64,000 bases of DNA, taken from assembly GCA_963775555.1 (NCBI GenBank), contig CAVZJJ010000003.1, forward strand, positions 116,813 through 180,812, in the 5' to 3' direction. Under the pieces are notes generated by a model. That model saw only the letters and a list, made by a program, of their open reading frames with translations, was not told the DNA's origin and did not search any database. A program made the position numbers and the translations under genes. Positions within the stretch are counted from its first letter, which is position 1, and each line of letters opens with the position of its first letter. The stretch comes from an uncultured Bacteroidota bacterium. Its GTDB lineage: Bacteria; Bacteroidota; Bacteroidia; AKYH767-A; 2013-40CM-41-45. Shown piece by piece: positions 38,477 to 50,575 of the stretch.

Positions 38477-41400
38477 ATGAATTATCAACGTATTAACAAT
38501 CTGATTGGTTGGTTAACATTTCTCATCGCATCTTATGTATTCATAAGCACGATAGAACCGACCGGAAGTTTTTGGGACTGTGGTGAATTTATCGCAACCG
38601 CACATAAACTGGAAGTTGGACACCCGCCGGGAGCCCCCTTATTCCTGATGCTTGCCCGTATATTTATCCTCTTTGGAGGAGATAATGTGGCTATGTATCC
38701 AATACTGGTGAACACGCTTTCCGCATTGATGAGTGCTTTCACTGTGTTGTTTCTATTTTGGACAATCACAGCACTTGCAAGGAAAATAGTCATAGGAAAA
38801 GGAGAAGCAAGCATGGATAAAATCCTTGCTGTTATGGGTGCCGGATTTGTAGGTGCTCTTGCCTATACCTTTACTGATTCATTTTGGTTTTCAGCTGCAG
38901 AAGGCGAGGTATATGCAAGTTCCTCTTTCTTCACCGCGATTGTATTCTGGGCCATCTTCAAGTGGGAGAATGTAGCCGATGAACCTCATAATTTACGATG
39001 GCTCATTCTCATCGCCTACCTCATGGGTCTTAGTATCGGTGTTCACTTGTTGAACCTGCTTACAATTCCTGCATTGGCCTTTGTTTATTATTTCAGAAAA
39101 TATCCGATCACAAAAAGCGGACTCTTTTATACAGCTGCAATCAGTATTGCCATACTTGGTTTTATCCAGTACGGCATCATCGTAGGTGCAATTTCTCTGG
39201 CAGGTTCTTTTGACTTGTTATTTGTAAACACCCTGGGCCTTCCATTTGGTTCCGGAATTCTCTTCTACGGACTTCTGGTCGTTGGTGCAATCATCTGGGG
39301 ATTGCGTTATACTAAAAAACACAACCATCCTATTTGGAACACTGCAATCCTCTGTTGCACTTTTATCCTGATCGGTTATAGTTCATTTGCGCAAATCGTT
39401 ATTCGATCCGCAGCCAACCCTCCACTGGATGAAAATGATCCTGAAAATGTATTCAGCTTTATCTCTTATCTGAAGCGTGAACAATATGGGGAACGTCCTC
39501 TGTTTTTTGGACAATACTATAACGCAAGAGTAGTTGCCCAGAACGAAGGTTCAATGAATTATGCAAAGGTGGATGGAGTCAATAAATATGTTGAGGCAGG
39601 AAAGAAAGTGACTGCGGAATATGAGCCTAACAAGACCACCATTTTTCCAAGGATGTGGAGCAGTCAGCAAAATCACATCAACGAGTACAAGAAATGGGCT
39701 AATATCAAAGGTGATAAAACGCCCAGCTTCGGAGATAATGTAGGATTCTTTATCCAATATCAGGTAATTGAAATGTACTGGCGTTACTTCATGTGGAATT
39801 TTGGAGGCAGACAAAATGATCTGCAGGGGCCAGGAGGGGTTACGAAAGGAAATTGGTTAAGCGGAATCAAATTCATCGATGAAATGAGGCTCGGACCTCA
39901 GGATCATCTTCCACAAAGTCTATTGCAAAACAAAGCCCGCAATTTATTTTATCTTCTCCCCTTCCTGCTCGGTTTAATCGGCATGGTGTTTCATTATTCA
40001 CGAGATAAAAAAGATGCCTGGGTAGTGATGCTGCTCTTCTTCTTTACCGGTATTGCCATCGTCATTTACCTGAATGGAACTCCACTGCAACCGCGTGAAC
40101 GGGATTATGCCTATGCAGGATCCTATTATGCTTTTGCCATCTGGATTGGGATTGGAGTACTTTCCCTCTTTGAATTTCTTCGTAAAAAATTACCGGGGAC
40201 TGTTTCTGCCGTGATAGCCATAGTTCTATGCACGGCTGCTGTTCCCGCTGTAATGGCAAAAGAAGGATGGGATGATCATGACCGTTCGGACCGTTACACT
40301 TCCCGTGATTTTGCAACTGACTATTTAAATTCATGTCAGCCCAACGCGATATTATTCACAAACGGTGACAATGACACCTTCCCGCTTTGGTATGCCCAAG
40401 AAGTTGAAAATGTCCGGACGGATGTCCGGGTCGTAAACTTGAGTCTTCTCAATACCGATTGGTACATTAACCAATTGAACCGAAAATACTATGATTCTGA
40501 TCCTATCACCATTTCATGGACACCGGATAAGTATCAACTCGGAAGACGTGATTATATCCCATTTTACGATCGTGGACTGAAAGAACCAGTTGAATTGAAA
40601 GAGCTCGTTGATTTTATGGGTAGTGATGAACCTCAATCCAAGGCTAGAACCAACTCCGGTGAAGAAATCAACTATTTCCCAACCCGGAATATCCGCCTGA
40701 CAGTGGATCCTGCAGAAGCCCTGGCTACCGGTACTGTCAAGCCGGAAAATGCAGACAAAATCGTTCCATACATGGAATGGACCATTGACGGAAGTTACCT
40801 CATGAAAAATGACCTGATGATTCTCAATATACTGGCAAATAACCACTGGAAGCGTCCAATCTACTTCGCCACTACCGTGGGATCAGATAATTACCTGAAC
40901 CTGGAACCTTATTTTCAACTGGAAGGACTGACTTACCGTATTGTGCCTATCCGAAGTGTCGCTTCAAATGAAATTGTACCGGGACGTGTCGAGACAGATG
41001 TCATGTATGACAATGTAATGAACAAGTTTCTTTGGGGTAACATGAACAAGGAGTCCGTCTATCTTGATGAGAACAACTTGCGAATGACTACGAATTTCAG
41101 GATTAACTTTTCACGCCTGGCGCAAGAGCTTTTACGTGAAGGCCGGAAAGATTCAGCGGTAAAGGTTCTGGATAAATGTGTCGACGTAATGCCGGACAAG
41201 ACCGTTCCTTATAATTACTTCATGACAAAAATCGCTGAATTATACTACAGGGCTGCCGGCGATTTTAACCAGCAAGACTCATTAACATTCTCTGATATTG
41301 AAAAATCAAACAATGCTGAGCTTATCGCCAAGGCAAATGCTATTTCAGAACGCATTGCAGAAATTTACAGCGACAACTTACAGTATTATATTTCTCTTAA

Positions 41401-41557
41401 GGGAACCAAGTACTTTAAGTTTGTGGAACAAGACATGAGTCAGGCACTTTATATCTTACAGGCCATGTCAAGTACACTAAAACAAACACGTCAGAAAGAT
41501 CTGTCAGATAAGATAGAAAAGGAATTCATGGATTTGGCACAGAAATCAGGTATCTAA
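38477..41557 (+). CDS. DUF2723-family polytopic membrane protein (glycosyl/mannosyltransferase-like)
   Basis: 1026 aa. N-terminal GSFWDCGEFIATAHKLEVGHPPGAPLFLM is the characteristic DUF2723 motif. Many TM helices are followed by a large soluble C-terminal region. Confidence 0.7.
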   Translation: MNYQRINNLIGWLTFLIASYVFISTIEPTGSFWDCGEFIATAHKLEVGHPPGAPLFLMLARIFILFGGDNVAMYPILVNTLSALMSAFTVLFLFWTITALARKIVIGKGEASMDKILAVMGAGFVGALAYTFTDSFWFSAAEGEVYASSSFFTAIVFWAIFKWENVADEPHNLRWLILIAYLMGLSIGVHLLNLLTIPALAFVYYFRKYPITKSGLFYTAAISIAILGFIQYGIIVGAISLAGSFDLLFVNTLGLPFGSGILFYGLLVVGAIIWGLRYTKKHNHPIWNTAILCCTFILIGYSSFAQIVIRSAANPPLDENDPENVFSFISYLKREQYGERPLFFGQYYNARVVAQNEGSMNYAKVDGVNKYVEAGKKVTAEYEPNKTTIFPRMWSSQQNHINEYKKWANIKGDKTPSFGDNVGFFIQYQVIEMYWRYFMWNFGGRQNDLQGPGGVTKGNWLSGIKFIDEMRLGPQDHLPQSLLQNKARNLFYLLPFLLGLIGMVFHYSRDKKDAWVVMLLFFFTGIAIVIYLNGTPLQPRERDYAYAGSYYAFAIWIGIGVLSLFEFLRKKLPGTVSAVIAIVLCTAAVPAVMAKEGWDDHDRSDRYTSRDFATDYLNSCQPNAILFTNGDNDTFPLWYAQEVENVRTDVRVVNLSLLNTDWYINQLNRKYYDSDPITISWTPDKYQLGRRDYIPFYDRGLKEPVELKELVDFMGSDEPQSKARTNSGEEINYFPTRNIRLTVDPAEALATGTVKPENADKIVPYMEWTIDGSYLMKNDLMILNILANNHWKRPIYFATTVGSDNYLNLEPYFQLEGLTYRIVPIRSVASNEIVPGRVETDVMYDNVMNKFLWGNMNKESVYLDENNLRMTTNFRINFSRLAQELLREGRKDSAVKVLDKCVDVMPDKTVPYNYFMTKIAELYYRAAGDFNQQDSLTFSDIEKSNNAELIAKANAISERIAEIYSDNLQYYISLKGTKYFKFVEQDMSQALYILQAMSSTLKQTRQKDLSDKIEKEFMDLAQKSGI

Positions 41558-41580
41558 TTCTTAATACCTTATTGCTTCTT

Positions 41581-41614
41581 AAAAAATCATGCGCCGCAAC
41601 GCATGATTTTTTTT
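41581..41614 (+). terminator. Rho-independent-type (bidirectional-looking) terminator after the DUF2723 gene
   Basis: Stem ATCATGCG/CGCATGAT (41586-41593 / 41600-41607) with a 6-nt loop. Flanked by A6 upstream and T8 downstream. Confidence 0.6.
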
Positions 41615-41739
41615 GGTAAAAACTAATATGCTTCAAATTAAAGATTGCTCTTAATGTCGTCAAAGAATTGGACTCAATTGAGCATCCCTTCGTATCTTGC
41701 ATCCGGCAAAAGAAATATATCTGCTAATTATACTACAAG

Positions 41740-42348
41740 GTGAAAGCACCCACACTCCTTCAAAAACTTTTTCCATCCATGACGTGGCGTATGCGTGGAG
41801 TAGGGAAAAAAATTTATCTAACCTTCGATGATGGGCCCAACCCTGAGGTAACGCCCTGGGTGCTGGATACCTTGTCAGCTTATAATGCAAAAGCTACTTT
41901 TTTTTGCATCGGTACCAATGTGATGAAACATCCTCAACTTTATCAGGAAATAATCAAACAAGGTCATCAAACAGGAAATCATACACAGCATCACCTCAAC
42001 GGATGGAAAGTAAAGAATAAGGAGTACTTTGAAGATATCGAAGAATGTCGCAAACTTGTCAATTCTTGCCTCTACCGTCCACCTTATGGAAAAATAAGGC
42101 CATCGCAAATCAGGTATTTAAAAAATAATTATAAATTGGTGATGTGGGATGTAATCAGTCAGGATTATGATGCAGCGCAAACCGCGGATCAATGCTACCA
42201 AAGGGTCATCAGGGAATACCGCGAAGGCTCCATAATTGTTTTTCACGACAGTTTGAAAGCGGAGAAGAGATTGCGTGGTTCACTTCCGTTAATTATGGAT
42301 CATCTAAGGGAGAGAGAATTTGAATTTCTCCGCATTGAAGAACAATAA
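41740..42348 (+). CDS. Polysaccharide deacetylase (NodB homology domain, CE4)
   Basis: YLTFDDGPNPEVTPWVLDTLSAYNAKATFFCIG and GNHTQHH motifs. 202 aa. Confidence 0.8.
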   Translation: MKAPTLLQKLFPSMTWRMRGVGKKIYLTFDDGPNPEVTPWVLDTLSAYNAKATFFCIGTNVMKHPQLYQEIIKQGHQTGNHTQHHLNGWKVKNKEYFEDIEECRKLVNSCLYRPPYGKIRPSQIRYLKNNYKLVMWDVISQDYDAAQTADQCYQRVIREYREGSIIVFHDSLKAEKRLRGSLPLIMDHLREREFEFLRIEEQ

Positions 42349-42430
42349 TTTTCTTCTGAAAAAAAATGAAAAAGGTACCCAAAAAAGAAAGTCTAATGCC
42401 ATCCTTTCCAGATTCAATTTGACCTCTCAA

Positions 42431-43309
42431 ATGAATACTAAACTTCTGTTCCTGCTTATTTTGTTGCTCTTTCAACTTCCTGTTGACGCGCAACAACAAC
42501 GGGGAACAATTGGACTTGGAGTATCAGCGGGAGCTTCAAATTATGCAGGAGATCTTGATGATAACTTCACACTTCCTTTTACCCGGCCCGGCTTTGGTGC
42601 TCATGCGATTTTTTTATTCCGACCACGTATATTTTTACGGCTTGCTGTTTTTCATGGAAGAATCACAGCGAGTGATGCAACCAGTGTAAATTTAACAGGA
42701 AACCAATACCGGAATTTAGGATTCTATTCAGACATCAATGAGGCTGGTTTGCACATCATTTATTCCCTTCAGAGCAGGAAACGCGGCTTCTCCCGCAGGA
42801 ACTTTGCAACACCTTACATCTTCGCCGGAATTGCGTATTTCCAATTTAATCCAAAGTGGAATGTAAACGATGAAGTGTATGAACTACAAAAGATAGGGAC
42901 AGAAGGACAGTACCTCGTAGGAGATTATCCGGCACCATATTCTTTACAGCAATTTTCTATTCCTTTTGGAATAGGCTTTACATTAAAAATCAGCGCAAAT
43001 TTTGACCTTGGTGCAGAGATTGGACTTCGTAAAACCTTTACGGATTACCTCGATGATGTGAGTGGCATTTATCCTGACAAGCAACTTCTAACTCAGGAAC
43101 AAGGTCCGGTTGCGGCCTATCTTTCAGACCCTTCAAACGATCCCGCTCATCCTGAAGGAAAGCCCAACTTCAGCCAACGGGGTGCTCCAAAAAATAAAGA
43201 TTGGTATGTATATACGAATGTGCACCTTACTTATTATTTCACCACCAATCTTTTCAAGCCATACAAACCCAAAAGCAAATTTAAAGAGAATAGCTGTAAA
43301 GGTTTATAA
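42431..43309 (+). CDS. Outer-membrane beta-barrel protein (DUF6089-like)
   Basis: Start moved to M38 (MNTKLLFLLILLLFQLPVDAQQ signal peptide). Gly/aromatic-rich beta-strand pattern (GLGVSAGASNYAGDL...). Confidence 0.5.
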   Translation: MNTKLLFLLILLLFQLPVDAQQQRGTIGLGVSAGASNYAGDLDDNFTLPFTRPGFGAHAIFLFRPRIFLRLAVFHGRITASDATSVNLTGNQYRNLGFYSDINEAGLHIIYSLQSRKRGFSRRNFATPYIFAGIAYFQFNPKWNVNDEVYELQKIGTEGQYLVGDYPAPYSLQQFSIPFGIGFTLKISANFDLGAEIGLRKTFTDYLDDVSGIYPDKQLLTQEQGPVAAYLSDPSNDPAHPEGKPNFSQRGAPKNKDWYVYTNVHLTYYFTTNLFKPYKPKSKFKENSCKGL

Positions 43310-43570
43310 GCAATAGCTTATTACCATTTATTTTCTCCAAGAAGTGTTCTATTATTTGAAAGGATATTTCCTTTCCAATACCAATATCAAGACTGGTCCT
43401 GCCAAAGCTTTATTATTGTAAAAAAAAAATACAATTCCAATGCACGACCGGAAGCTACTGATAAGACCAGCTCGTATATTTAACTCTACACTTTCTACTA
43501 GTCTGTAGCAAAAGAGTTCAGTCCATGGTATTGAGTTCCGATTTCTGAAGCCAGCACAGTTATCAATCCC

Positions 43571-43617
43571 ATAAAAATATTCTGCATGATATCCGTAAAT
43601 CAGATATCATGCAGAAT
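43571..43617 (-). terminator. Long hairpin terminator 6 nt downstream of the giant gene
   Basis: Perfect 15-bp stem ATTCTGCATGATATC/GATATCATGCAGAAT (43579-43593 / 43603-43617) with a 9-nt loop, followed on the minus strand by ATTTTTAT. Confidence 0.55.
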
Positions 43618-43623
43618 CATGCT

Positions 43624-44529
43624 TTAATATGGACGGGCATAGTACAAGGACAGGTTATTGTTATTATAAACATAGTTCATGTCCGTTGCATCAGCCGTAC
43701 CATCGCCTGTACAATCCGTTAGAAGGTAATCGTAGAGGGAAAGGTTGTTGTCATTATAAACATAATTCATATCCACAGCATCCACTGTACCATCCTGGTT
43801 CACATCTCCACTGTAGAAGGCAAATACTCCGCCAACATTCTGCATTGGAGGCTTCGTACCATCATCATAAGCACGTGTGATCAGGTCGCTAAAATCATAC
43901 AGAACAGCCGTAGATGACAAGGCCACTTCAATACTGCTCCATGTCTCGATGCTGCTCTTGTGTTTCACGGCAATGTAATAGTTACCCGCAGGAGCAGTAG
44001 CGAAGTTCACTGATGCCGAACCATTGTTGTGAAGGATGACCTGCTCTGAATAGTCAGGATCAAGATTTCCAAGACTTATGCTGGCAGCGGTCCAAAGATT
44101 AACCTGTATAGTATCAGTTGCATCTGGGCTGTACGGTCCAGTCAGTATTCCACCCTGTTCAAGATCATACAATGTACTAAACATCATGGTCGGACCAGAA
44201 CTGATAATGTACCCTTCAAGGAATAACTTCAGATCAAGATTTACCCCACTTATATCGATGGTCAGGATCAAGGTGCTTACGTGAGCACAACCGGCAAGAT
44301 TTACACCTGTGTGTGTATAGGTGCCGCTTGTTGTGTAAGTAATTCCATTCACCGCCCATGTATAGGAGTTGGTAGCTGTGATAGTCTCTGTGGAAGACGT
44401 GCTGTTACGAATCGTCAGGTTCAATGTAGCCGTTGAATCACAACCCGCTGCATTTGTTGAGCTATAGGTATAGACTCCCGATGCAGTGTAAGTCGTGCCG
44501 TTCCATGTATAGCTGTCACAGACATCCAC
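43624..44529 (-). CDS. C-terminal 301-aa segment of the giant protein with dockerin-like Ca-binding repeats
   Basis: Last Cys repeats, then a beta-rich region, then GDVNQDGTVDAVDMNYVYN and DCTGDGTADATDMNYVYN (DxNxDGxxDxxD pairs). No T9SS CTD-like tail. Confidence 0.6.
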   Translation of the reverse strand: MDVCDSYTWNGTTYTASGVYTYSSTNAAGCDSTATLNLTIRNSTSSTETITATNSYTWAVNGITYTTSGTYTHTGVNLAGCAHVSTLILTIDISGVNLDLKLFLEGYIISSGPTMMFSTLYDLEQGGILTGPYSPDATDTIQVNLWTAASISLGNLDPDYSEQVILHNNGSASVNFATAPAGNYYIAVKHKSSIETWSSIEVALSSTAVLYDFSDLITRAYDDGTKPPMQNVGGVFAFYSGDVNQDGTVDAVDMNYVYNDNNLSLYDYLLTDCTGDGTADATDMNYVYNNNNLSLYYARPY

Positions 44530-47500
44530 GGTTGAACTTGAAGTGTAGCGTAACGAATCGTCAGGTTCAATGTAGCCGTTGAATCACAACCCGCTGCATT
44601 GGTTGAACTATAGGTATAAACTCCCGATGAAGTATAAGTCGTACCATTCCATGTATAGCTGTCACAGACATCCACGGTTGAACTGGAAGTTGTAGCAGAA
44701 CGAATCGTCAGGTTCAATGTAGCCGTTGAATCACAACCCGCTGCATTGGTCGAGCTATAGGTATAAACTCCCGATGCAGTGTAAGTCGTGCCGTTCCAGG
44801 TATAACTGTCACAAACATCCTCGGTCGCACTGGACGTTGAACTGTTTCTGATCGTTAGGTTCAATGTAGCTGTAGAATCACAGCCTGCTTCATTAAGCGT
44901 GCTATAGGTATAAACTCCGGATGCCGAGTAGGTATTTCCGTTCCAGGTATAGCTGTCACAGACATCCACGGTTGAACTGGAAGTTGTGGCATAACGAATC
45001 GTCAGGTTCAATGTCGCTGTTGAATCACAACCTGCTGCATTTGTTGTGCTGTATGTATAAACTCCGGATGCATTGTAGGTCGTTCCGTTCCAGCTGTAGC
45101 TGTCACAAACATCCATGGTTGAACTTGAAGTTGAACTGTTTCTGATCGTCAGGTTCAAAGTAGCTGTTGAATCACAACCTGCTGCATTCAATGTAGAATA
45201 AGTATAGGTTCCACTTGAAATGTAGGTCGTGCCGTTCCATGTATAGCTGTCACAGACGTCCACCGTGCTGCTTGATGCAGTGCATAACGGATCGTTAAGT
45301 TCAAGGTAGCCGTAGAATCACATCCCGCCGCATTCAATGTGGAATATGTATAAGTTCCCTGAAGTGTAGGTTGTTCCGTTCCAGGTATAGCTGTCACATA
45401 CATCTTCGGTAGTACTTGATGTTGCTGCATAACGGATAGTCAGGTTCAACGTTGCTGTAGAATCACAACCTGCTGCATTCAATGTGGAATAAGTATAGGT
45501 TCCACTTGAAGTGTAGGTAGTACCGTTCCATGTATAGCTATCACAGACATCTCACGTGCTGCTTGATGATGTAGCATAACGGATCGTTAAGTTCAAGGTA
45601 GCCGTAGAATCACATCCGCTGCATTGCAGATGTGAATAATGTATAGGTTCCACTTGAAGTGTAGGTGTTCCGTTCCAGGTATAGCTATCACATACATCCA
45701 TCAGTGCGTACTGGACGTTGTCGCTATACGAATCGTCAGGTTCAATGTAGCTGTTGAATCACAACCTGCTGCATTGAGCGTGCTATAGGTATAAATTCCC
45801 GATGCAGTATAGGTTGTTCCGTTCCATGTATAGCTGTCACATACATCCACTGTACTGGACTTGAGTTGTCTCGTGACGAATTGTCAGGTTCAATGTCGCC
45901 GTTGAATCACATCCTGCTGCATTTGTAGTTGAATAGGTATAGATTCCGGATGCAGTATATGGTCGTTCCGTTCCAGGTGTAGGTGTCACACACATCTACT
46001 GTTGAGCTTGATGTGGTGGCATAACGAATCGTTAAAGTTCAGATGTAGCAGTAGAATCACAACCTGCTGCATTTGTTGTGGAATAGGTATAAGTTCCGGA
46101 TGCGGTATAAGGTAGTTCCGTTCCAGGTGTAGCTGATCACAAACATCTACGGTGGAACTGGAAGTTGTAGCATAACGAATCGTCAGGTTCAGTGTAGCCG
46201 TTGAATCACATCCTGCTTCATTTAAGCTGTGGAATAGGTATAAGTTCCGGATGCTGTATAGGTCGTTCCGTTCCAGCGTGTAGCTGTCACACACATCTAC
46301 GGTTGAACTGGATGTTGTGCTATAACGAATCGTCAAGGTTCAATGTAGCCGTTGAATCACAACCTGCTTCATTGAGCGTGGAATAAGTATAGGTTCCGGA
46401 TGCTGTATAGGTGTTCCGTTCCACGTATAGGTATCACATACATCTACTGTTGAGCTTGATGTGCTGAGCTATAGCGAACCGTTAAGTTCAGGGTGGCTGT
46501 AGAATCACAACCTGCTGCATTTGGTTGTGGAATAGGTATAGGTTCCTGATGCCGTATAGGTTGTTCCGTTCCATGTATAGGTATCACACACATCCTGGTC
46601 GTACTGTGACGTTGAGCTATTGCGGATCGTCAGGTTCAAGGTCGCTGTTGAATCACAACCTGCTGCATTGCGTTGAACTATAGGTATAGACTCCGGATGC
46701 TGTATAGGTCGTTCCGTTCCACGTATAGGTATCACATACATCTACGGTTGAACTTGATGTGCTGAGCTATAGCGGACCGTTAAGTTCAGGGTGGCTGTAG
46801 AATCACAACCTGCTGCGTTTAGCGTGTGAATAAGTATAGACTCCGGATGCGGTATAGGTCGTTCCGTTCCACGTATAGCTATCACACACATCTTCGGTGG
46901 TACTGTGACGTTGAACTGTTTCTGATCGTCAGGTTCAATGTAGCTGTTGAATCACAACCTGCTGCATTTGTTGTTGAATAAGTATAAGCTCCGGATGCCG
47001 TATAGGTCGTTCCGTTCCAGGTATAGCTATCACACACATCTTCGGTTGTACTGCGATGTTGAGCTATTACGAATCGTCAGATTCAATGTCGCTGTTGAAT
47101 CACAACCTGCTGCATTGAGCGTTGAATAGGTATAGATTCCGGATGCTGTATAAGTTGTTCCGTTCCATGTATAGCTATCACACACATCCCGGCAGTACTT
47201 TTGATGTTGAACTGTTTCGGATCGTCAGGTTCAAGGTAGCTGTTGAATCACAACCTGCTGCATTCGGTGTGCTATAAGTATAAACTCCGGATGCGGTATA
47301 AGTTGTTCCGTTCCAGGTATAGCTATCACACACATCTACGGTGGAGCTTGTTGATGTTGAGCTATAACGGATCGTTAAATTCAAGGTCGCTGTTGAATCA
47401 CATCCTGCTGCATTTGGTTGACTAAGTATAAGCTCCGATGCAGTGTAGGTCGTTCCGTTCCATGTATAGCTGTCGCAAACATCCTCGGTTGTACTGGAAG

Positions 47501-50500
47501 TTGTACTATAACGAATCGTCAGGTTCAATGTCGCTGTTGAATCACAACCTGCTGCATTTGTTGATGCTATAAGGTATATACTCCGGATGCTGTATAAGTC
47601 GTTCCGTTCCATGTATAGGTGTCACATACATCTACGGTTGAGCTGGACGTTGTGAGCATAACGAATCGTCAGGTTCAAAGTCGCTGTAGAATCACAACCT
47701 ACTGCATTTAGCGTGGAATAGGTATAGACTCCGGATGCTGTGTAGGTAGTTCCGTTCCAGGTATAGCTGTCACAAACATCCACGGTGGAACTTGAAGTTG
47801 TAGCTATTTCGAATCGTCAGGTTCAATGTAGCCGTTGAATCACAACCTGCTGCATTAAGCGTGCTATAAGTATATACTCCGGATGCAGTATAGGTCGTTC
47901 CGTTCCAGGTATAGCTGTCACAAACATCTACGGTTGAACTTGAAGTTGTCCTGTAACGAATCGTCAGATTCAATGTCGCTGTTGAATCACAACCTGCAGC
48001 ATTGCGTGGCTATAGGTATAAACTCCGGATGCAGTATAAGTCGTTCCGTTCCAGGTATAACTGTCACACACATCTACGGTTGAACTGGAAGATGTTGACT
48101 ATAACGAATCGTCAGATTCAGTGTAGCTGTTGAATCACAACCTGCTGCATTGATGGTGCTATAGGTATAAACTCCCGATGCGGTATAAGTCGTTCCGTTC
48201 CAGGTATAACTGTCACAAACATCCTCGGTCGCACTGGACGTTGAACTGTTTCTGATCGTTAGGTTCAATGTAGCTGTAGAATCACAGCCTGCTTCATTAA
48301 GCGTGCTATAGGTATATACTCCGGATGCCGTGTAGGTATTTCCGTTCCAGGTATAGCTGTCACACACATCCACGGTTGAACTGGAAGTTGTGGCATAACG
48401 AATCGTCAGGTTCAATGTCGCTGTTGAATCACAACCTGCTGCATTGGTTGAGCTGAAGGTATAGGTTCCCGATGCTGTGTAGGTCGTTCCGTTCCATGTA
48501 TAGCTGTCACATACATCCACAGTACTACTTGATGTTGTCGCGTAACGAATCGTCAGGTTCAATGTAGCTGTAGAATCACAGCCTGCTTCATTAAGCGTGC
48601 TATAGGTATAAACTCCGGATGCCGAGTAGGTAGTTCCGTTCCAGGTATAGCTGTCACAGACATCTACGGTTGAGCTGGAAGTTGTGCATAACGAATCGTC
48701 AGGTTCAAGTGTCGCTGTTGAATCACAACCTTCTGCATTTTAAGTTGAATAGGTATAAACTCCCGATGCAGTGTAGGTCGTTCCGTTCCATGTATAGCTG
48801 TCACATACATCTTCAGTACTACTTGATGTTGAACTATCATCGTCAGGTTCAAGGTAGCAGTTGAATCACAACCTGCTGCATTTGTTGAATAAGTATAGAC
48901 TCCCGATGCAGTATAGGTCGTTCCGTTCCAGGTATAGTATCACATACATCTACTGTACTGCTTGATGTTGTAGCGTAACGAATCGTCAGGTTCAGTGTAG
49001 CCGTTGAATCACAACCAGCTGCATTTGTTGAGCCAAAAGCATAAACTCCGGATGCGGTATATGTTGTTCCGTTCCAGGTATACTGTCACATACATCTACG
49101 GTTGAACTGGAAGTTGTGGCGTAACGAATCGTTAAGTTCAATGTAGCCGTTGAATCACAACCTTCTGCATTGTAAAGTTGAATAGGTATAAACTCCCGAT
49201 GCAGTGTAGGTCGTTCCGTTCCAGGTATAGCTATCACATACATCCTCAGTACTACTTGATGTTGTCCTGTAACGGATCGTCAGGTTCAAAGTAGCCGTTG
49301 AATCACAACCTGCTGCGTTTAACGTGGAATAGGTATAGGTTCCCGATGCAGTGTAGGTAGTTCCGTTCCAGGTATAGCTGTCACATACATCTACAGTACT
49401 ACTTGATGTTGTAGCATAACGAATCGTCAGGTTCAGTGTAGCCGTTGAATCACAACCTGCTGCATTTGTTGTGCTGATAAGCATATACTCCGGATGCGGT
49501 ATATGTTGTTCCGTTCCAGGTATAGGTATCACACACATCTACGGTTGAGCTTGAATGTTGTGGCATAACGAATCGTTAAGTTCAAAGTAGCTGTTGAATC
49601 ACATCCCGCTGCATTTAGTGTGAGTATAGGTATAGGTTCCCGATGCAGTGTAGGTCGTACCGTTCCATGTATAGCAGTCACACACATCTTCGGTTGAACT
49701 GGAAGTTGTGCTATAACGATCGTCAGATTCAATGTCGCTGTTGAATCACAACCTGCTGCATTGGTGGAATAGGTATAAACTCCCGATGCAGTGTAGGTCG
49801 TGCCGTTCCAGGTATAGCTGTCGCAAACATCCACGGTTGAACTGGAAGTTGACGCGTAACGAATCGTCAGGTTCAGTGTAGCTGTTGAATCACAACCAGC
49901 TGCATTTGATGAGGAAGGCATAAACTCCCGATGCAGTATAAGTCGTGCCGTTCCAGGTATACGAATCACAAACATCTACGGTTGAACTGGAAGTTGTGCA
50001 TAACGAATCGTCAGGTTCAATGTAGCTATTGAATCACAACCCGCTGCATTTGTTGAGCTATAGGTATAGACTCCCGATGCAGTGTAGGTCGTACCATTCC
50101 ATGTATAGCTGTCACAAACATCTACGGTTGAACTGGAAGTTGTGCCATAACGAATCGTCAGATTCAATGTAGCTGTTGAATCACAACCCCTGCATTTGTT
50201 GAGCTGAAGGTATAGGTTCCTGATGCGGTATAGGTAGTTCCGTTCCAGGTATAGCTGTCACAAACATCCTCGGTCGCACTGGACGTTGAACTGTTTCGAA
50301 TCGTCAGGTTCAAAGTAGCCGTTGAATCACAACCTGCTGCATTTGTTGTGCTATTGGTATAAACTCCCGATGCAGTATAAGTCGTGCCGTTCCATGTATA
50401 ACTGTCACAAACATCCTCGGTCGCACTGGACGTTGAACTGTTTCTGATCGTTAGGTTCAATGTAGCTGTAGAATCACAGCCTGCTTCATTAAGCGTGCTA

Positions 50501-50575
50501 TAGGTATAAACTCCCGATGCAGTGTAGGTCGTACCATTCCATGTATAGCTGTCACAAACATCCACGATTGAACTG
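44400..50575 (-). repeat. Tandem array of about 42 coding repeats of 147 bp (49 aa: DVCDSYTWNGTTYTASGVYTYS.xNAAGCDSTATLNLTIR.S.TSSST.)
   Basis: Marker ATCGTCAGGT recurs at 44411, 44557 and 44704 (spacings of 146 and 147 nt). Units diverge mostly at synonymous or linker positions. More divergent copies flank the array (44260-44400, 50575-50700, 52500-54100). Confidence 0.85.

Noticed and set aside
42320-42430. N-terminal 37 codons of the 329-aa ORF
   Set aside because: They overlap the deacetylase 3' end and precede a canonical signal peptide that starts at the Met at 42431.
44400-50575. Regular 147-bp periodic array considered as a CRISPR or non-coding satellite
   Set aside because: There is no repeat/unique-spacer alternation. 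The period is exactly 49 codons, the units translate to a conserved Cys-containing domain, and they continue the flanking ORFs. It is a coding tandem repeat.
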